A stretch of DNA of 63,976 nucleotides, filler included, from Octopus bimaculoides (GCF_001194135.2; 12 parts of 9 records of this genome joined end to end with filler, not necessarily neighbours in it), one strand, 5' to 3'; shown: positions 1 through 12,337, counted from the first letter of the whole stretch. The notes: a model not told the origin generated them from the sequence alone. Translations and numbers: made by a program.

Positions 1-899
1 TATATATATATTACTGTGTATATATCTTTCGCTATTTATCTATCTATTATCTGTAAAGTCTCATCAACGATAGCATACATGTTCTGTTAATAGATTTTAA
101 TGGGCATACTTTTGGCCAGTGACAGGTCATTTTCAACCATTGAGCCATTTTGTTTATCTTTTTGTGATCTAGAGAATGCACGCGATAATAAACACATCCA
201 GCTGACATACACGCAATCACAAATCATCCAGCTTCTTCCTAAAATATGTTTAATGTGCATAAACTGATATGATTTTCGTACATCTGAATTCGAGCTGCAA
301 AATTTCCAGAATTACTGTGTTGGCAAGCGCTTATTAATGCAGTAAGTGCAATATATGACACGGCAGTAAATAAAGAGAAAGTCGCAATACATCTTCTGAA
401 TATTGAAAGACACTGAAAGCGTTGTATGATGGAAGATGCGTAGATAAATGCACACAGCCAAGGCAACACTAACCATATGCAATGTTTCATACAAGATGTG
501 AAAGAGAACTGAGTTAAGGAAACGATGAAATATGTAGGTTATTATACATAAAGTGCAGTGACTCTGGAAACCTAGGGATGTCCAGCATTAAACAGTGCCA
601 ATATAGCAGAATTTATATTGGCACTATCTATCTGTCACCCTCCCAGACTGTGTCTGCTTTTTTCTTCTTCTTTCTCTAGCGTGACCGATGGGACACATTG
701 CGTTTTATTTTATGTAATACATATATGTGTGTGCGCGCGCGCGCGTGTGTGCGTGCGTACAGAAAGAGAAAGAGGGAGTGGGATGGAGATTGATAAATAG
801 ATAGACAGGTAAAGGGAAGATCCAAGGGTCAAGGTGTAGGAAGACAGTAAGCTTCCAAGAGTGGGTAGAATATATAATAAACCAACTTTCAGGAAAAAT

Positions 900-1103
900 A
901 GCGGTTTATTGGCGGAGACGGTTGTGAATATTACCCGTATCGGAGTACACAAACCTGAAAGACGTTTATTCTATAGTTCACGGTTAGCAAATGGGGTTGA
1001 TGTACATGCGAATAACCATGCCTAAATTAAGGAATGGAGCAGTTAAAATCCAGGCTACATATCTTTCATAGTTAGGGGAACCCCGGAAGTAGTAATTATT
1101 CTC

Positions 1104-1137
<34 letters not shown>

Positions 1138-1143
1138 CACAAG
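900..1143 (+). promoter_or_regulatory. Possible promoter/first exon: CCAAT box, ETS site and a 5' splice donor
   Basis: ATTGG at 908-912 within GC-richer GCGGTTTATTGGCGG; CCGGAAGT (ETS/GABP consensus) at 1083-1090; AAG|GTAATC donor-like site at 1143/1144. Motifs only, no transcript evidence. Confidence 0.25.
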
Positions 1144-1648
1144 GTAATCTTCACGTCAAGGATATTGTGATTACAAGGGGTTTACATATCCCGTGTTAAT
1201 TCGTAGGGGATTTGATCAAAATGCATTTGATCGAATTCCTTTTTAGTTAAAATGAGATCATATAACAACAGCGTAAAATTCAAGTAATCAAGGTATCCTT
1301 GGACTGAAGAGTAGCTTGTGGTCTACCTCTTGTGTTTGAAAATACCTACTTTCGTGGTTCTTAGCTATGAAAGATATGTTGATTTTATCAACTCGATTCC
1401 CGTGTTTTTGTATATATATGTGCAATGTTATAACAATGACAATGTTATATTGTTAGCCTCATTTTTGATATTTTCAGTGTTATTAATCATGATAATACAT
1501 TTATCATAACTATAATAATACTTTTATTTTAATTTATCTTAATTATTTTGATAAACATAAATGTGTATTGCACATGTCTTCTTTTTTCATAACTGTATAC
1601 CTACTTTTGCACCCGCCTGGATATATTACATTCATGTGTTTATATGTA

Positions 1649-1693
<45 letters not shown>

Positions 1694-1697
<4 letters not shown>

Positions 1698-2064
1698 GAA
1701 GGACAGGTGTAAGTTCATTACGGTCGTTTCTAACGACATCTTCAATCGATTAATGAGTACATTTTATCATTATAAAGACACAATCAAGTACATTACAAAT
1801 AATTTAACATATTTTAAAACGTATAGAGCAAAGCATTTTCACTGATTCTGCTACTATTTCCGTCGACTGAAATTAGTGGAGTCAGTGAAGATGTTTTACT
1901 CTGTGGATTTTAAAATATGTTAAATGATTTGAAATATTCTTCATTGTAAACTTCATACATTCATCTGAGGGAAAACGTTTCTTTATAATGGTATAATGTA
2001 TTTATTTATCAATTAAAGGAGACGTTAGAAACAGCCACAGTGAACTGATACATGTCCCTCAATT
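1694..2064. repeat. ~370-bp imperfect foldback (MITE-like long inverted repeat) next to a (TA)n tract
   Basis: 1694-1780 aligns with the reverse complement of 1979-2064 at about 75-80% identity. 1802-1819 is the exact reverse complement of 1908-1925. The inner 1825-1902 forms a 33-bp stem. The right arm has an extra ~30 bp. Confidence 0.85.
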
Positions 2065-2730
2065 GTTACTTAATTATGTTTTATTCACATATCACGGAAC
2101 ATTGTCGTCGCAAAATCTGAAGTATATTTTGGACTGCATATTTAATAAAACGTACATATCTGAATAGCTGAAAGGGGACAATATACTCAACGCTACAGGA
2201 ATATCATCCTGCTGATACTTCTGTACCAGAGTTGATATTTACATAATATTGTATGTGTATATTATTTCGACCTAAGGAGGTGCCTCAACTTAAATAGCAC
2301 TTCTAATTCAACGGAATCTTACTAATGTATATGTCTGTATGGATGTATATGCCGTCGCCTACAGTTTTAATTGCAAGTCTGGCGGTAGTATATCAGCATT
2401 GTTCATGAACATTAGGCAAAATCCTTCACCAAACGGATTATAGAAGATAACTTTACCTCATTGTGAGAACTGACGCTCTGTATTTATTCTTTGTACTATT
2501 CTCTACAATTATTAGCTGTGTGGCATATTCTAATAATGCTGTAATCCAGTAGGTGCTTCTATGTCTCAGTATAAATATAAGCAGTGTTCATAAATATATT
2601 GTAACATTAATGGTAGTATACTGAATTTTTTCTGAATCGTTCTCTTATAACTTGAAGCTGCATCCATTTGTCGTAGTAACCTTGAAAGGATTTGTGAATA
2701 AGTGAATGAGTAAGGTTACATGCCTTATTC

Positions 2731-2866
2731 TCAGGTTATGCTATTATCCAGTTTCTGTATTGAAAGCTGCCCAGCGTCACAGGAACCCGTGAGCGTTTCC
2801 AACACAAAATTGTATTGATTGTATGCCTCCTGCAACGCGAAATACATCAATTTTCGAAGATCCCTC
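2731..2866 (-). CDS. Putative terminal coding exon of an unidentified gene
   Basis: Minus-strand acceptor tatttctctcacag|G at 2867/2866. The phase-2 frame reads RDLRKLMYFALQEAYNQYNFVLETLTGSCDAGQLSIQKLDNSIT* (alternative phase-0 frame EGSSKIDVFRVAGGIQSIQFCVGNAHGFL*). Non-repetitive AT-rich sequence with AATAAA signals follows. No family recognised. Confidence 0.35.
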
Positions 2867-3259
2867 CTGTGAGAGAAATATATACAAACACACGCATAAG
2901 CATTATATATATCTATAATCGTATAAAATACATGTGCGCACATACGTATTTACATGCATTTTTCGGGATGTGTATTTTAACGAAATTACTATGCACTAAT
3001 ATATTAAACGTAACCCTTAAATTTGAATGCCAAAACGCTGTAACCACATAATTAAAAGGAAGCTGTTATAAATTGCATAAATTTCATTAAATATTGCTTC
3101 AACATTTACTATTTTCTGGGATCATTATTCTTGCAGTTTGATTTTAATATTTCGTGTCGCCCGACACTTTTGAACAAAGTGCGACATTTTCCTTTCAAAC
3201 AACAAGAATCAACGTACTTTTTACATGAAAGAAACCATTGATTTTCTTTTAACTATTAT

Positions 3260-3700
3260 TGAATTAAATGACGCAATCCTCTATGTTTACATGGAAAGTA
3301 AAACAATTGCCATAACTGGGGAAAGACGAAGCAGTTCGAAAGTAAGACCAAAGCATTATATGAAAGATTTCGGAAGAAAATTGTATGAATAGGATAGTGT
3401 CTAGATGGTGTAAAAAATTTGCCACCACTAAACGTTTCCAGTAACAAATGATTTTGCATTTGTTGCGTTCTGAATTTATTTTCAAATCAATAGCACCTCT
3501 CAGAGAGCAACAATTGTAATGCCACTAACGACGTCTGCAACAAAGGTGATTAAGTGGGAGGTATCAATGGTGCCACAGTTGCTTATTTAGTGATTATTCT
3601 GTTTCTTCTTTTCAAATATTGTGGGTTTAATCCATTAGCAAATTGTGACTGGGCGATTGATGTCACCGGTTTGTTTATGTGTTGAAATATTAACACGTTG
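3260..3700 (+). mobile_element. Highly decayed mariner transposase remnant
   Basis: Fragment ENCMNRIVSRWCKKF (3375-3420) resembles the mariner N-terminal HTH; ATTGTGACTGGGCGAT near 3645 resembles IVTGDE. Many stops. Confidence 0.45.
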
Positions 3701-3842
3701 CTTAATATTTTATTTTTCGTTGAAAACCATCGTATTTTACTTATAAATGAGGATTGAATTTAACTGCTGTTTGCATGGAAATGAACCTTTCCAGCAGACA
3801 CGTAGATTGAATTACATCTCACTGATGTTTCAATTCTATGAT

Positions 3843-5230
3843 AATTTCATGTAAAATTCCAATCTTTTATGATATAAATCAAGTTATTAACTCCTTTTTT
3901 CTTCTACTTTTGACATTTGGAATGCATTCAACATAAATATTCCATGAGTACTTCATTGTTGTTGCTGTCGACTTTCCGTTTTCAGCTTAAGAATGGAAAT
4001 AGGTAATATTCTTAGAAAATATTTATACCGTTTTGGGGTGGGGGGCGTGGTAATCACTCTCCGATTTATTCTTCTAATCTCTATTCAATTTTCTTCTCAA
4101 GTTTTGTTTATCACAATAATTATCTTTGGAAATTATTAGATTATATCACGAATAGATCCCGTTCGGGAAGCAAATCATCTAGCTATATGTTCTAGCGTGC
4201 AGTATACGTGTGTGCGTGCGCGCATTTATATATATACATATATTTATTATATACATATTTATATAGATATATGCAAATATAGATACATATATGTATATAC
4301 ATATATACATACATATGTATATAAATATGTGTGTTTGCTTATTATACAATTAAATGAGAAATTTAGAAAAAAATGTTCATTGAAGCGTCTCTTTATACAT
4401 AATTTCATGTAAAATTCCAATATTTTATTATATAACCAAGTCATTAACTCTTTTCTCTATCTCCAACACCTTATAACGCATGTCCAATATTATTGTATAT
4501 TGCTTCATAGATAAAGCATTCAAAAAAAATATTCATTCCCATTGAATAAGTGTATACACCGTGATTTTGCAGTCCACCAATAACATTAATTTACGTTTTT
4601 TATTATACCATCCAGGACATTTACCGAGTGCAATCATAAATTTTCAATTTCTTGAATTGTTTTTAATCCTACACGTAGCATGTCGTTTTACCAGCTTTAG
4701 TTTCTTTCACAAAATACCCAATATTGGCATTCTATGTTCTATTTTAATTTAACAAAAAATATAAGTCCTTTGTTTATTTTTACATTTGTAAATAGTTCTT
4801 CGCTTTTGCAAGGTACAGTTTCACTGCGTATTTTTCTCCATCCACATAACGAAAAATCTTAATCGCACCTTGTAATCTAAACTTCTATTTGATCTATTAG
4901 TTTTTATCATGAAAAATATATCTAAAGTATGTTCATTTGTTCCATGAAAACTGATGATTTTTTCATGCTGAACCTTATTCTGAGGGAGTATGCATTGTGT
5001 GTACTTCGTATAAATTATCTATATAAAGATGTTCAATGGTATCTTTGGACATATAAGACAGTTGCCTCTCTGCATTTACGGATTTCCGTAGAGTCACGTA
5101 TGATAAACTTCGGTAAATTTTGTATATGATTTAATCTCACCCTTGCGAAAAGTGATAGAATTAACTGGTATAAAAGTTTGCTACCTCACTAAAATCTTAA
5201 AATTCACCATTCTCATTTCTTCATATACTT
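3843..5230 (-). mobile_element. Decayed mariner-like remnants, with two copies of the same 3' end
   Basis: A ~60-bp segment ATAATTTCATGTAAAATTCCAAT... occurs at ~3842 and ~4399 in the same orientation. Weak FRKG/EVY-like N-terminal fragments lie on the minus strand near 5110-5150. Confidence 0.35.
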
Positions 5231-5454
5231 TCTTTTTAATTTATTCTGTATGTTGTACTGAACATCATATCTTAGCTGAACCGTTCCAGAAATAAATATC
5301 ATTGGGTTATATTACAATAAAATCTTAGCTCCAGGTAATTTCTGGAAAAACACTGAGTGCTCTACCGTGACGCTTCTTCCAGCACAATGCAACCAGCACC
5401 AAAAGTGGGGGAAGAAGGCGGAGAATGAATGAGAGAAAGAGGGAGAGAGGGGAG

Positions 5455-7110
5455 AGAGATTTCTTTATTAGCTACTGAAGGCCCAACATAGAAAGGGCGG
5501 TGTAAGGACACACAACACTATGTGGGGACATAAAACATAGGTGAATGAATGGGATGAATTATAAAATGAGGATGAAATGGCTACTCGAACCCCACCTTCG
5601 GGTAGAACCATTTGACATTTTTTTCTCTTTTGTTCTTAATTGTTCATCATTGTAACATAAAAAAAAATATACTTTCGCCATATTATCTATGGTTTTAGGT
5701 CCACATATTCCTCCAGCGGACGTAGTGTCATGTATCACCTCCAGTCCTTTTGAGTCTATGTTTTTACCCAAAAGTTTCTTTTTATTTCTTAAAGTTTTCT
5801 GTGTCAAAAATGACACATTTCATGTCTGCTATGTAGTACTTTTTCTGGCTTTACAATTTTATTGCTGCTTTTATTTTATTTATCTTTTTCTCAATGACCG
5901 AACACTTCGTACATATTATAATATATGTTCTGNNNNNNNNNNNNNNNNNNNNNNNNNNNNNNNNNNNNNNNNNNNNNNNNNNNNNNNNNNNNNNNNNNNN
6001 NNNNNNNNNNNNNNNNNNNNNNNNNNNNNNNNNNNNNNNNNNNNNNNNNNNNNNNNNNNNNNNNNNNNNNNNNNNNNNNNNNNNNNNNNNNNNNNNNNNN
6101 NNNNNNNNNNNNNNNNNNNNNNNNNNNNNNNNNNNNNNNNNNNNNNNNNNNNNNNNNNNNNNNNNNNNNNNNNNNNNNNNNNNNNNNTCCTCCTCCTCCT
6201 CCTCCTCTTCCAATGGTAATTGATGGGAAGTCTCCTCTCTACCATCAACCGTAGCTTTACATCTTCGGGTAGATAGTTTTCATAGATTATCTCTTCCAGA
6301 TTTAGTTGGCTCACCTGGATTACAACTTCCAAGCCATAGCCCTACTAGTTCATTTGTTTCGTCTTTGTTGCATACAATATTATTGGACTTCCCTTCGTTT
6401 ACGTCAATATTGCAGCAATCAGCCACAATTCAGTTATCTCGTGGTGGTGGGAGGGTCACTCTGCAAATCGTCACTCTCGCAACACGGTGCCGAGACAGGT
6501 TGGTAGGAGCACCCATTCCACCGTCTTCAATGGTGTCGTGGAGTGCTTTATTGCCTCCTCTAAGGTGGCAAAATGCACTTCCACTGTGCCTAAACGTCTT
6601 CTGCTGTAGAATACAATCTTATTTTTAACTCTGTGGAGGCAATCTTCCATTACCTCCTCACTCGCCATCTCAATGTTCTAGTTTTTAAAGACGTAGTTCA
6701 GCATGTCACCATTTGTTGCTTTTTTAAATTGGTGACATCTTAAGGAGGTGTCATCTTCAACGTTCACCCTTCCCTCTGTATCAAATTTCAGCTTTCTTCT
6801 AATTATTGCACGTTTACCATTACCTCGTCAATTTCGAAGAGGTTAACGGTGGCTGCATTCTTGTCATGGCTGACTATGGAAGCGTAGCTCCCGGCTCGAG
6901 CAGGCTCGGGTGCCTGGACTACATCCATAGGTTTTGCTAATTTTCACCCTTAAATTGAGTGGAGGGAAGACAGCAAACACAATTACAGCCGACATGCAAA
7001 CTGGTTCAACAAGATCAGCAATAGGCACTAAGCCTTTAACAATTGACTGAAAACACCAAAGCGATTAACGCGGAAACAGGCTCTTAGCTTTACAAAGGCG
7101 AGAGAGGGGA
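5455..7110 (-). mobile_element. Tx1/L1-like non-LTR element: decayed ORF1 plus 3' tail
   Basis: ATG at 6928 gives MDVVQAPEPARAGSYASIV (SYAxxV motif). Later fragments are VEVHFATLEEAIKHSTTPLKTVEWVLLPT and LRLMVERRLPINYH (xVEGRRPxCYxC-like). The 3' end AATAAAGAAATCTCTCTC is followed by a (TC)n tail. A 255-N gap lies inside. Confidence 0.6.
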
Positions 7111-7951
7111 GACAGAATACGAAACAGTTAGAATGCGATAGTACGAAACAGAAAAAAAAACATCCATTTTACACAAGGAGGTGAAAGCTTTATTTATCAA
7201 GTCCCGAATGATAACAGACAAACTGGACTTAAACTAGGGGGTAGAGGTGCTCAAAAACAGCAGCTTAACATTCTCTTTGACTGGCAAAGTATGTTATTTT
7301 GATATGAAACAATAAACTTTCTCTGTATCGTACATAACACACACACACACATATACACATTCACGCACACACACATATATATATAATCACTAAACCTATT
7401 ACTCATCACCAACAAGAGCAACGTAAACATAACCGCCACCAGCTCCATCACCGTCGGCTCATCATCACCATCATTATTTTCGTCGTCATCTTTATCAGCA
7501 CATAAACAATCGAATATATGATAAATTTTAAACTCACAACCATTTTGACATTTTATTTCTAGCCAGTATTTATACTTCGTTTTTCTGTCAATCTTTCAAA
7601 TAGATATTGTCTGTACGTCCATCAATATTAAGAATATAGCTTACGCAAAATCAATTAAAACAATATTTTTGTGTAGCATAAGATATAAACACTGCATTGA
7701 TTGAAAGTACATTAACAATATTAAATTTCTATATAACGAAATGTATATTATTACAAAAGTATCACAGTAGAGCTGTTTTTTTTTTTTAGTCAGTGTACCT
7801 CAGTCAACTAGGGCTCCCTGAGAGATAGGTTTTCCGTGATTTGGGATAAGTTGTTGGTCGCCCCCATCGGTTTCGACAATGAGTGTTTGAAGGAGCGGAC
7901 TTAACGTTAAAGAGAGTAATAGAAAAGAAAAAAATGACGAAGTAGCTGCAT

Positions 7952-8180
7952 CTATTGGCGATGGATGTTTGAATGTAATTTCAATCGAGGTATGGGTCTT
8001 GCTATGAAGTCAAAATGAGGACATTGGTAATTTAGATGTTTTCTCGGAATCGGCAAGTGTGTCTGTTGATCGCGAGATATAGTTCTTCTGGTGTTGTTTT
8101 TCTTTAACACAAATAGTTTGGACGCATCGTGACACATTTTACGCCATGCAGATCGATCTAGGCAGTGAGTGCTCAAGATG
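7952..8180 (-). mobile_element. RTE (BovB-type) LINE 3' fragment
   Basis: DRSAWRKMCHDASKLF ... YQCPHFDFIARPIPRLKLHSNIH matches the RTE C-terminus (DRxxWR; CxxC...LxSHxxxH). Confidence 0.75.
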
Positions 8181-8242
8181 TAAAGTTAAGGATAAATAAG
8201 TTAAATATGTAAATTTTTAGAAAACTTTATGATCAAATCATA

Positions 8243-8385
8243 GGCGCAGGCATGGCTGTGTGATAGGAAGATTGATTCCGGGTTCAGTTCAACTACATGG
8301 AACCTTGAGCAAGTGTCTTTTTCTACAGTCTCTGACCGAGTGAGTGGATTTGGTAGACGGAAACTGAAACAAGCCTGTCATGTAC
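8243..8385 (+). mobile_element. CORE-type tRNA SINE (OR2-like) head
   Basis: GGCTGTGTG...GGGTTCAG...ACCTTGAGCAAGTGTC...GTGGATTTGGTAGACGGAAACTGAAA, shared with many copies in the window. Confidence 0.8.
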
Positions 8386-8420
8386 ACAAACACACACACA
8401 CGCACACACACAAACATATA

Positions 8421-9180
8421 TATTGGTGCATTATCAACCTAAATGATTGCGTTCCCTCTGGAAACAGTTTAGAATACATAGGATGAATTTGATCAGATAA
8501 GATGCTTAAATAGTCTTGACTAATAATTCTGTCATGTAGGGAAATCATTGGGCTGGCGGATGTCCAATATACAGCCCACCAGATCATTACAGATCTTCCT
8601 CCATGTTTAACAGATGGAAGAAGGCAGTCTGGGTCAAATTCTTCTTTTGGCTATTTCCACACGTATACTCGGCCAGTGGTTGGAAATAATGTACAAGATG
8701 ACACATCCGAGAAAATAACATTCTTCGACTTCTCTAGGGGCCAATTTTGTAGGTTTTTACCCCACTCTAATCGCTTTGCAACGTTTGTTTTTGAAAGTAG
8801 TGTTTTTTTATTGCAGCCCTCCTGTCAAGTTCGGCTTTATGCAGCTCCCGGCGAAAAGTTTTTGTGGAAACTGGGTTCTCGAGGTAGTCATTAATCTGCA
8901 GTAATTTTGGAAGCTGTACTTTTATGATCCTTTCTAACAATTCGCGTAAGAGTCCGACGGTCCCTATATGAAAGTTTTGGCTTTCTTCCAGAGTTTTATT
9001 TCGACGAGGAGGTTTGTTTTCCTCTTTCTCAAAGGCTGTAATTACTTTCCAGGCAGTACTTCTTAATACATCAACCATTTTGGCTGTTTTTTTAGGCTAG
9101 CACCTGCCAAACAGGTGCCAACAATTTATCCTCTTTTAAAGTCCGATAGATCTGTTATTTTAATATTAAATTTCTTAAAG
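8421..9180 (-). mobile_element. Truncated Tc1 transposon
   Basis: Fragments KVITAFEKE, LENPVSTKTFRRELHKA and MIWWAVYWTSASPMISLHDRIISQDYLSILSDQIHPMYSKLFPEG are typical of Tc1 DDE transposases; frameshifted. Confidence 0.85.
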
Positions 9181-9231
9181 TGAATGTATTTTAATAAGCG
9201 ATCTAAATGAATTTAATATTATTATTCGGAA

Positions 9232-9420
9232 GGTGCCTGAATCGACAGCACGCCGGGAAAAATGCATAGCGGCTTCGTCTGTCTTCAGGTTCCTCCGAGG
9301 TCGACTTTGCTCTTCATTCTTTCGAAGTCGATAAAATATGTAGAATTTGAGCACCGGACCGATCTAATCGACTTATTTCTTCACCCAAAATTATTTGCCT
9401 AGTGCCAAAATTTAAAATTA
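9232..9420 (+). mobile_element. tRNA SINE with a Meta-domain-like core
   Basis: CCGAGGTCGACTTTGC...TCGATAAAA...GATCTAATCGACT, also seen at 43105, 56887 and 57462. The family name is tentative. Confidence 0.75.
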
Positions 9421-10064
9421 ATATTTCTATTCGAATTCATGATGTAAAGGCCCTCACTTAAGCTAAATCTAATTCAGAAGCATTCCTATATTGTTTTTAT
9501 CCTTATGACATATCTCAAACCAATATCATAAGCTGGAGAGACTTGATGATACAGGAACGTTTCCGCTGCGTTCTCTAGGTACATTGTCTATATTCTTAGA
9601 ATGTTTCAAATAATTATTATAATGAATTTATATAAGGCGTTCTGCACTGAGGTTTCAAAACTTAAACACTCGAATACTGGCAGCCCACTGAAGACATTCA
9701 ACTCACTATATTGCTTACTCCAAAACAGATCATAGTTGCATTTTGTATTTAGAAAAGTTTTCTTATTTACATTCATCTTATTGGTGGATTGCTTCATTAC
9801 AACTATATTAACATCGTCTTTTACACTACTCATAAACACTTCATAGACAATCCGATAATATTTAATATTTACAAACACAAACACACACACACACAGACAC
9901 TCATATACATACACACATGTATGTATCTATGTATATATNNNNNNNNNNNNNNNNNNNNNNNNNNNNNNNNNNNNNNNNNNNNTTAATTAATTAANNNNNN
10001 NNNNNNNNNNNNNNNNNNNNNNNNNNNNNNNNNNNNNNTGTTTATGTATACATAATATATATAT

Positions 10065-10390
10065 ATTTCGAGCATGGCCTTTGCCAGTAAGACATCTGAG
10101 CGAGATCGTTGCCAGTGCCCCTGGACTGGCGCTATACAGGTGGCACGTTAAATACACCATTTCGAGTGTGGCCGTTGCCAGTACCCGCCTGACTGACCCT
10201 CGTGCTGGTGGCACGTAAAAGCACCCACTACACTCCCGGAGTGGTTTGCGTTAGGAAGGGCATCCAGCTGTAGAAACTCTGCCAAATCAGATTGGAGCCT
10301 GGTGTCACCTCCTGGTCCACCAGTCATCAGTCAAATCGTCCAACCCATGCTAGCATGGAAAGCGGACGTTAAACGACGATGATGATGATG
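10065..10390 (+). mobile_element. RTE-associated SINE/non-autonomous element with (GAT)n tail
   Basis: GGCACGTAAAAGCACCCACTACAC...GCGTTAGGAAGGGCATCCAGCTGTAGAAAC...CATGCTAGCATGGAAAGCGGACGTTAAACGA(TGA)n. Confidence 0.85.
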
Positions 10391-10414
10391 ATATATATGT
10401 ATATATATATATGA

Positions 10415-10612
10415 TTGACTGCTTAATCCACAAGTTTTTTTTTATTCTCTCTGTTTATTTTTGTGTTCCTTTCTGTTAAAGAGCATAGGCTCAAAACATA
10501 AAAGACCTTCTCACCTTCCCAAGCATCAAGCTAATACACCTGTTTGTTGTTTATACACCTGTTTGTTGTTTATACACCTGTCTTTGTCTTTTGTTTTTCT
10601 GTGAATTTCAAC

Positions 10613-10620
<8 letters not shown>
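10415..10620 (+). mobile_element. Penelope-related short repeat (family 2) with a decayed hammerhead motif at 10469-10504
   Basis: CTTT CTGTTAA A GAGC ATAG GCTC AAAA CATA AAAG is homologous to the intact motif at 51752-51784. The downstream CTAATAC...AACTATATATA matches 52540-52610. Confidence 0.65.
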
Positions 10621-10656
<36 letters not shown>

Positions 10657-10674
10657 TATGTATTTGTCTATATA

Positions 10675-11005
10675 TCATCATCATCATCATCATCATCATT
10701 GTTTAACATCCACCTTCCATGCTGGCATGGGTAGGATGGTTTGACAGGAGCCAGCCAGGCAGAAGCCTGCCCCAGACTTCTGTGACTGTTTTGGCAGGAT
10801 TTTTACAGCTGGATGCCCTTCTTAACACCAACCACCCAGTAGAGTGAACTGAGTGCTTTTTACATGGCACAAGCACAGGCAAGGTCAGTTTTGGCAAAGT
10901 TTTTACAGCTGGATGGCCATCCAAATGCCATTTCATTTCACAGTGTGGACTGGGTACTTTTTAAGTGGCACCTGCACTGACAGGATCACCAAGTAACCTG
11001 CAAGA
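10675..11005 (-). mobile_element. RTE-associated SINE, inverted relative to 10065-10390
   Basis: (CAT)n TGTTTAACATCCACCTTCCATGCTGGCATGGG...CAGCTGGATGCCCTTC. Confidence 0.85.
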
Positions 11006-11523
11006 CAAAAATCTTTTGAGAGGGGAAGGGTCATTGGAGGAGGTGATCTTGTGTCAACATTTCCATTCTGCTGCCATGCACTATCAAACACCCCCTACTC
11101 CATACACTCACTCATGGCACCCCTGCTCCATCCATTCCAATCCACTCTGGCATGTTATCAACACTTACATTGACTACCAGTTCCATCCCTGCACCCACTC
11201 TTCTGAAATGTGAATTGTCATGTGTCTCCTCTACAGCAAGAAATCCATTCTACTCTGGCCCTTTCTCTCATACCTTATCTCTTCCTTCCCCTTATCTTCC
11301 TAGCATAAATTTCCCTCTACTCCCCTGGGGTTTCATAGCCTTACAAGCTGCATGGCAACTGCTCAAGTGCTGGAGGCACAAAAAAAACAAAGGAGCAATA
11401 AAACAAAACACCCTGCACACTCTGTAAAGTGGTTAGATTTAGGAAGGGCATTGAGCCATAGAAACCAAACCAAAGTAGACATCCTCCTCCTCCTCNNNNN
11501 NNNNNCCTCCCCCTCCTCCTCCT

Positions 11524-11775
11524 CATCATCATCGTTTAACGTCTGCCTTCCATGCTAGCATGGGTTGGACGATTTGACCGAGGACTGGCGAACCAGATGG
11601 CTGCACCAGGTTCCAATCTAATCTGGCAGAGTTTCTACAGCTGGATGCCCTTCCTAACGCCAACCACTCCAAGAGTGTAGTGGGTGCTTTTACATGCCAC
11701 CGGCACGAGGGCCAGTCAGGCGGTACTGGCAACAGACACACACAAAATGGTGTTTTTTTACGTGCCACCTGCACA
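11524..11775 (-). mobile_element. RTE-associated SINE, younger copy
   Basis: CATCATCGTTTAACGTCTGCCTTCCATGCTAGCATGGGTTGGACG...CAGCTGGATGCCCTTCCTAACGCC. A same-family 3' tail with (GAT)n follows on the plus strand at ~11790-11920. Confidence 0.85.
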
Positions 11776-11834
11776 AGAGCCTTCGGATCCTGTCAGACCA
11801 CGAAGCCCATGCCGGCATGGGATGCAGATGTTAA

Positions 11835-11910
<76 letters not shown>

Positions 11911-12069
11911 GGATGATGATGACACACACACACACATTCTGAAAGAAACCATTTATCTCCACTCCTGCCTGTGCTGATGGGTGCACAATATTATGTAAAT
12001 GTGCTGTTATCTAACATCTGGTTTAACACCCATTGTGGAACTGATTGTTAAGATTGGTTGTAAAGCATA

Positions 12070-12337
12070 TATAATTACTGTGCCACACAATCAATTTTGG
12101 CACTATGAATAATAGGTTTGGAGAGATAGTTGAGATGTATGCTGTGTCCAAGAGATATGATAGAGGGGTGGGGTCTGAGCTAGACTGCTTATGGGCAAAG
12201 GGCATAAATATATATTTTTATCTGTAGACAACAATGAAAGCCTAGGTGGCACAGGTATTCTACTTACAGGGAAATGAGCAGATAAGGTAATTGAGTTAGT
12301 CAGGGTGTCTGATAGGATTATTAAGCAAAGAATAGTC
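12070..12337 (+). mobile_element. RTE LINE apurinic endonuclease fragment
   Basis: NFGTMNNRFGEIVEM ... KYIFLSVDNNESLGGTGILLTGK*ADKVIELVRVSDRII matches the RTE APE N-terminus (NVGT, GGVGILL, RVSDR). Confidence 0.7.

Noticed and set aside
239-490. Hydrophobic 83-aa minus-strand ORF as a membrane protein
   Set aside because: AT-rich sequence readily gives hydrophobic ORFs; no motif or splice support.
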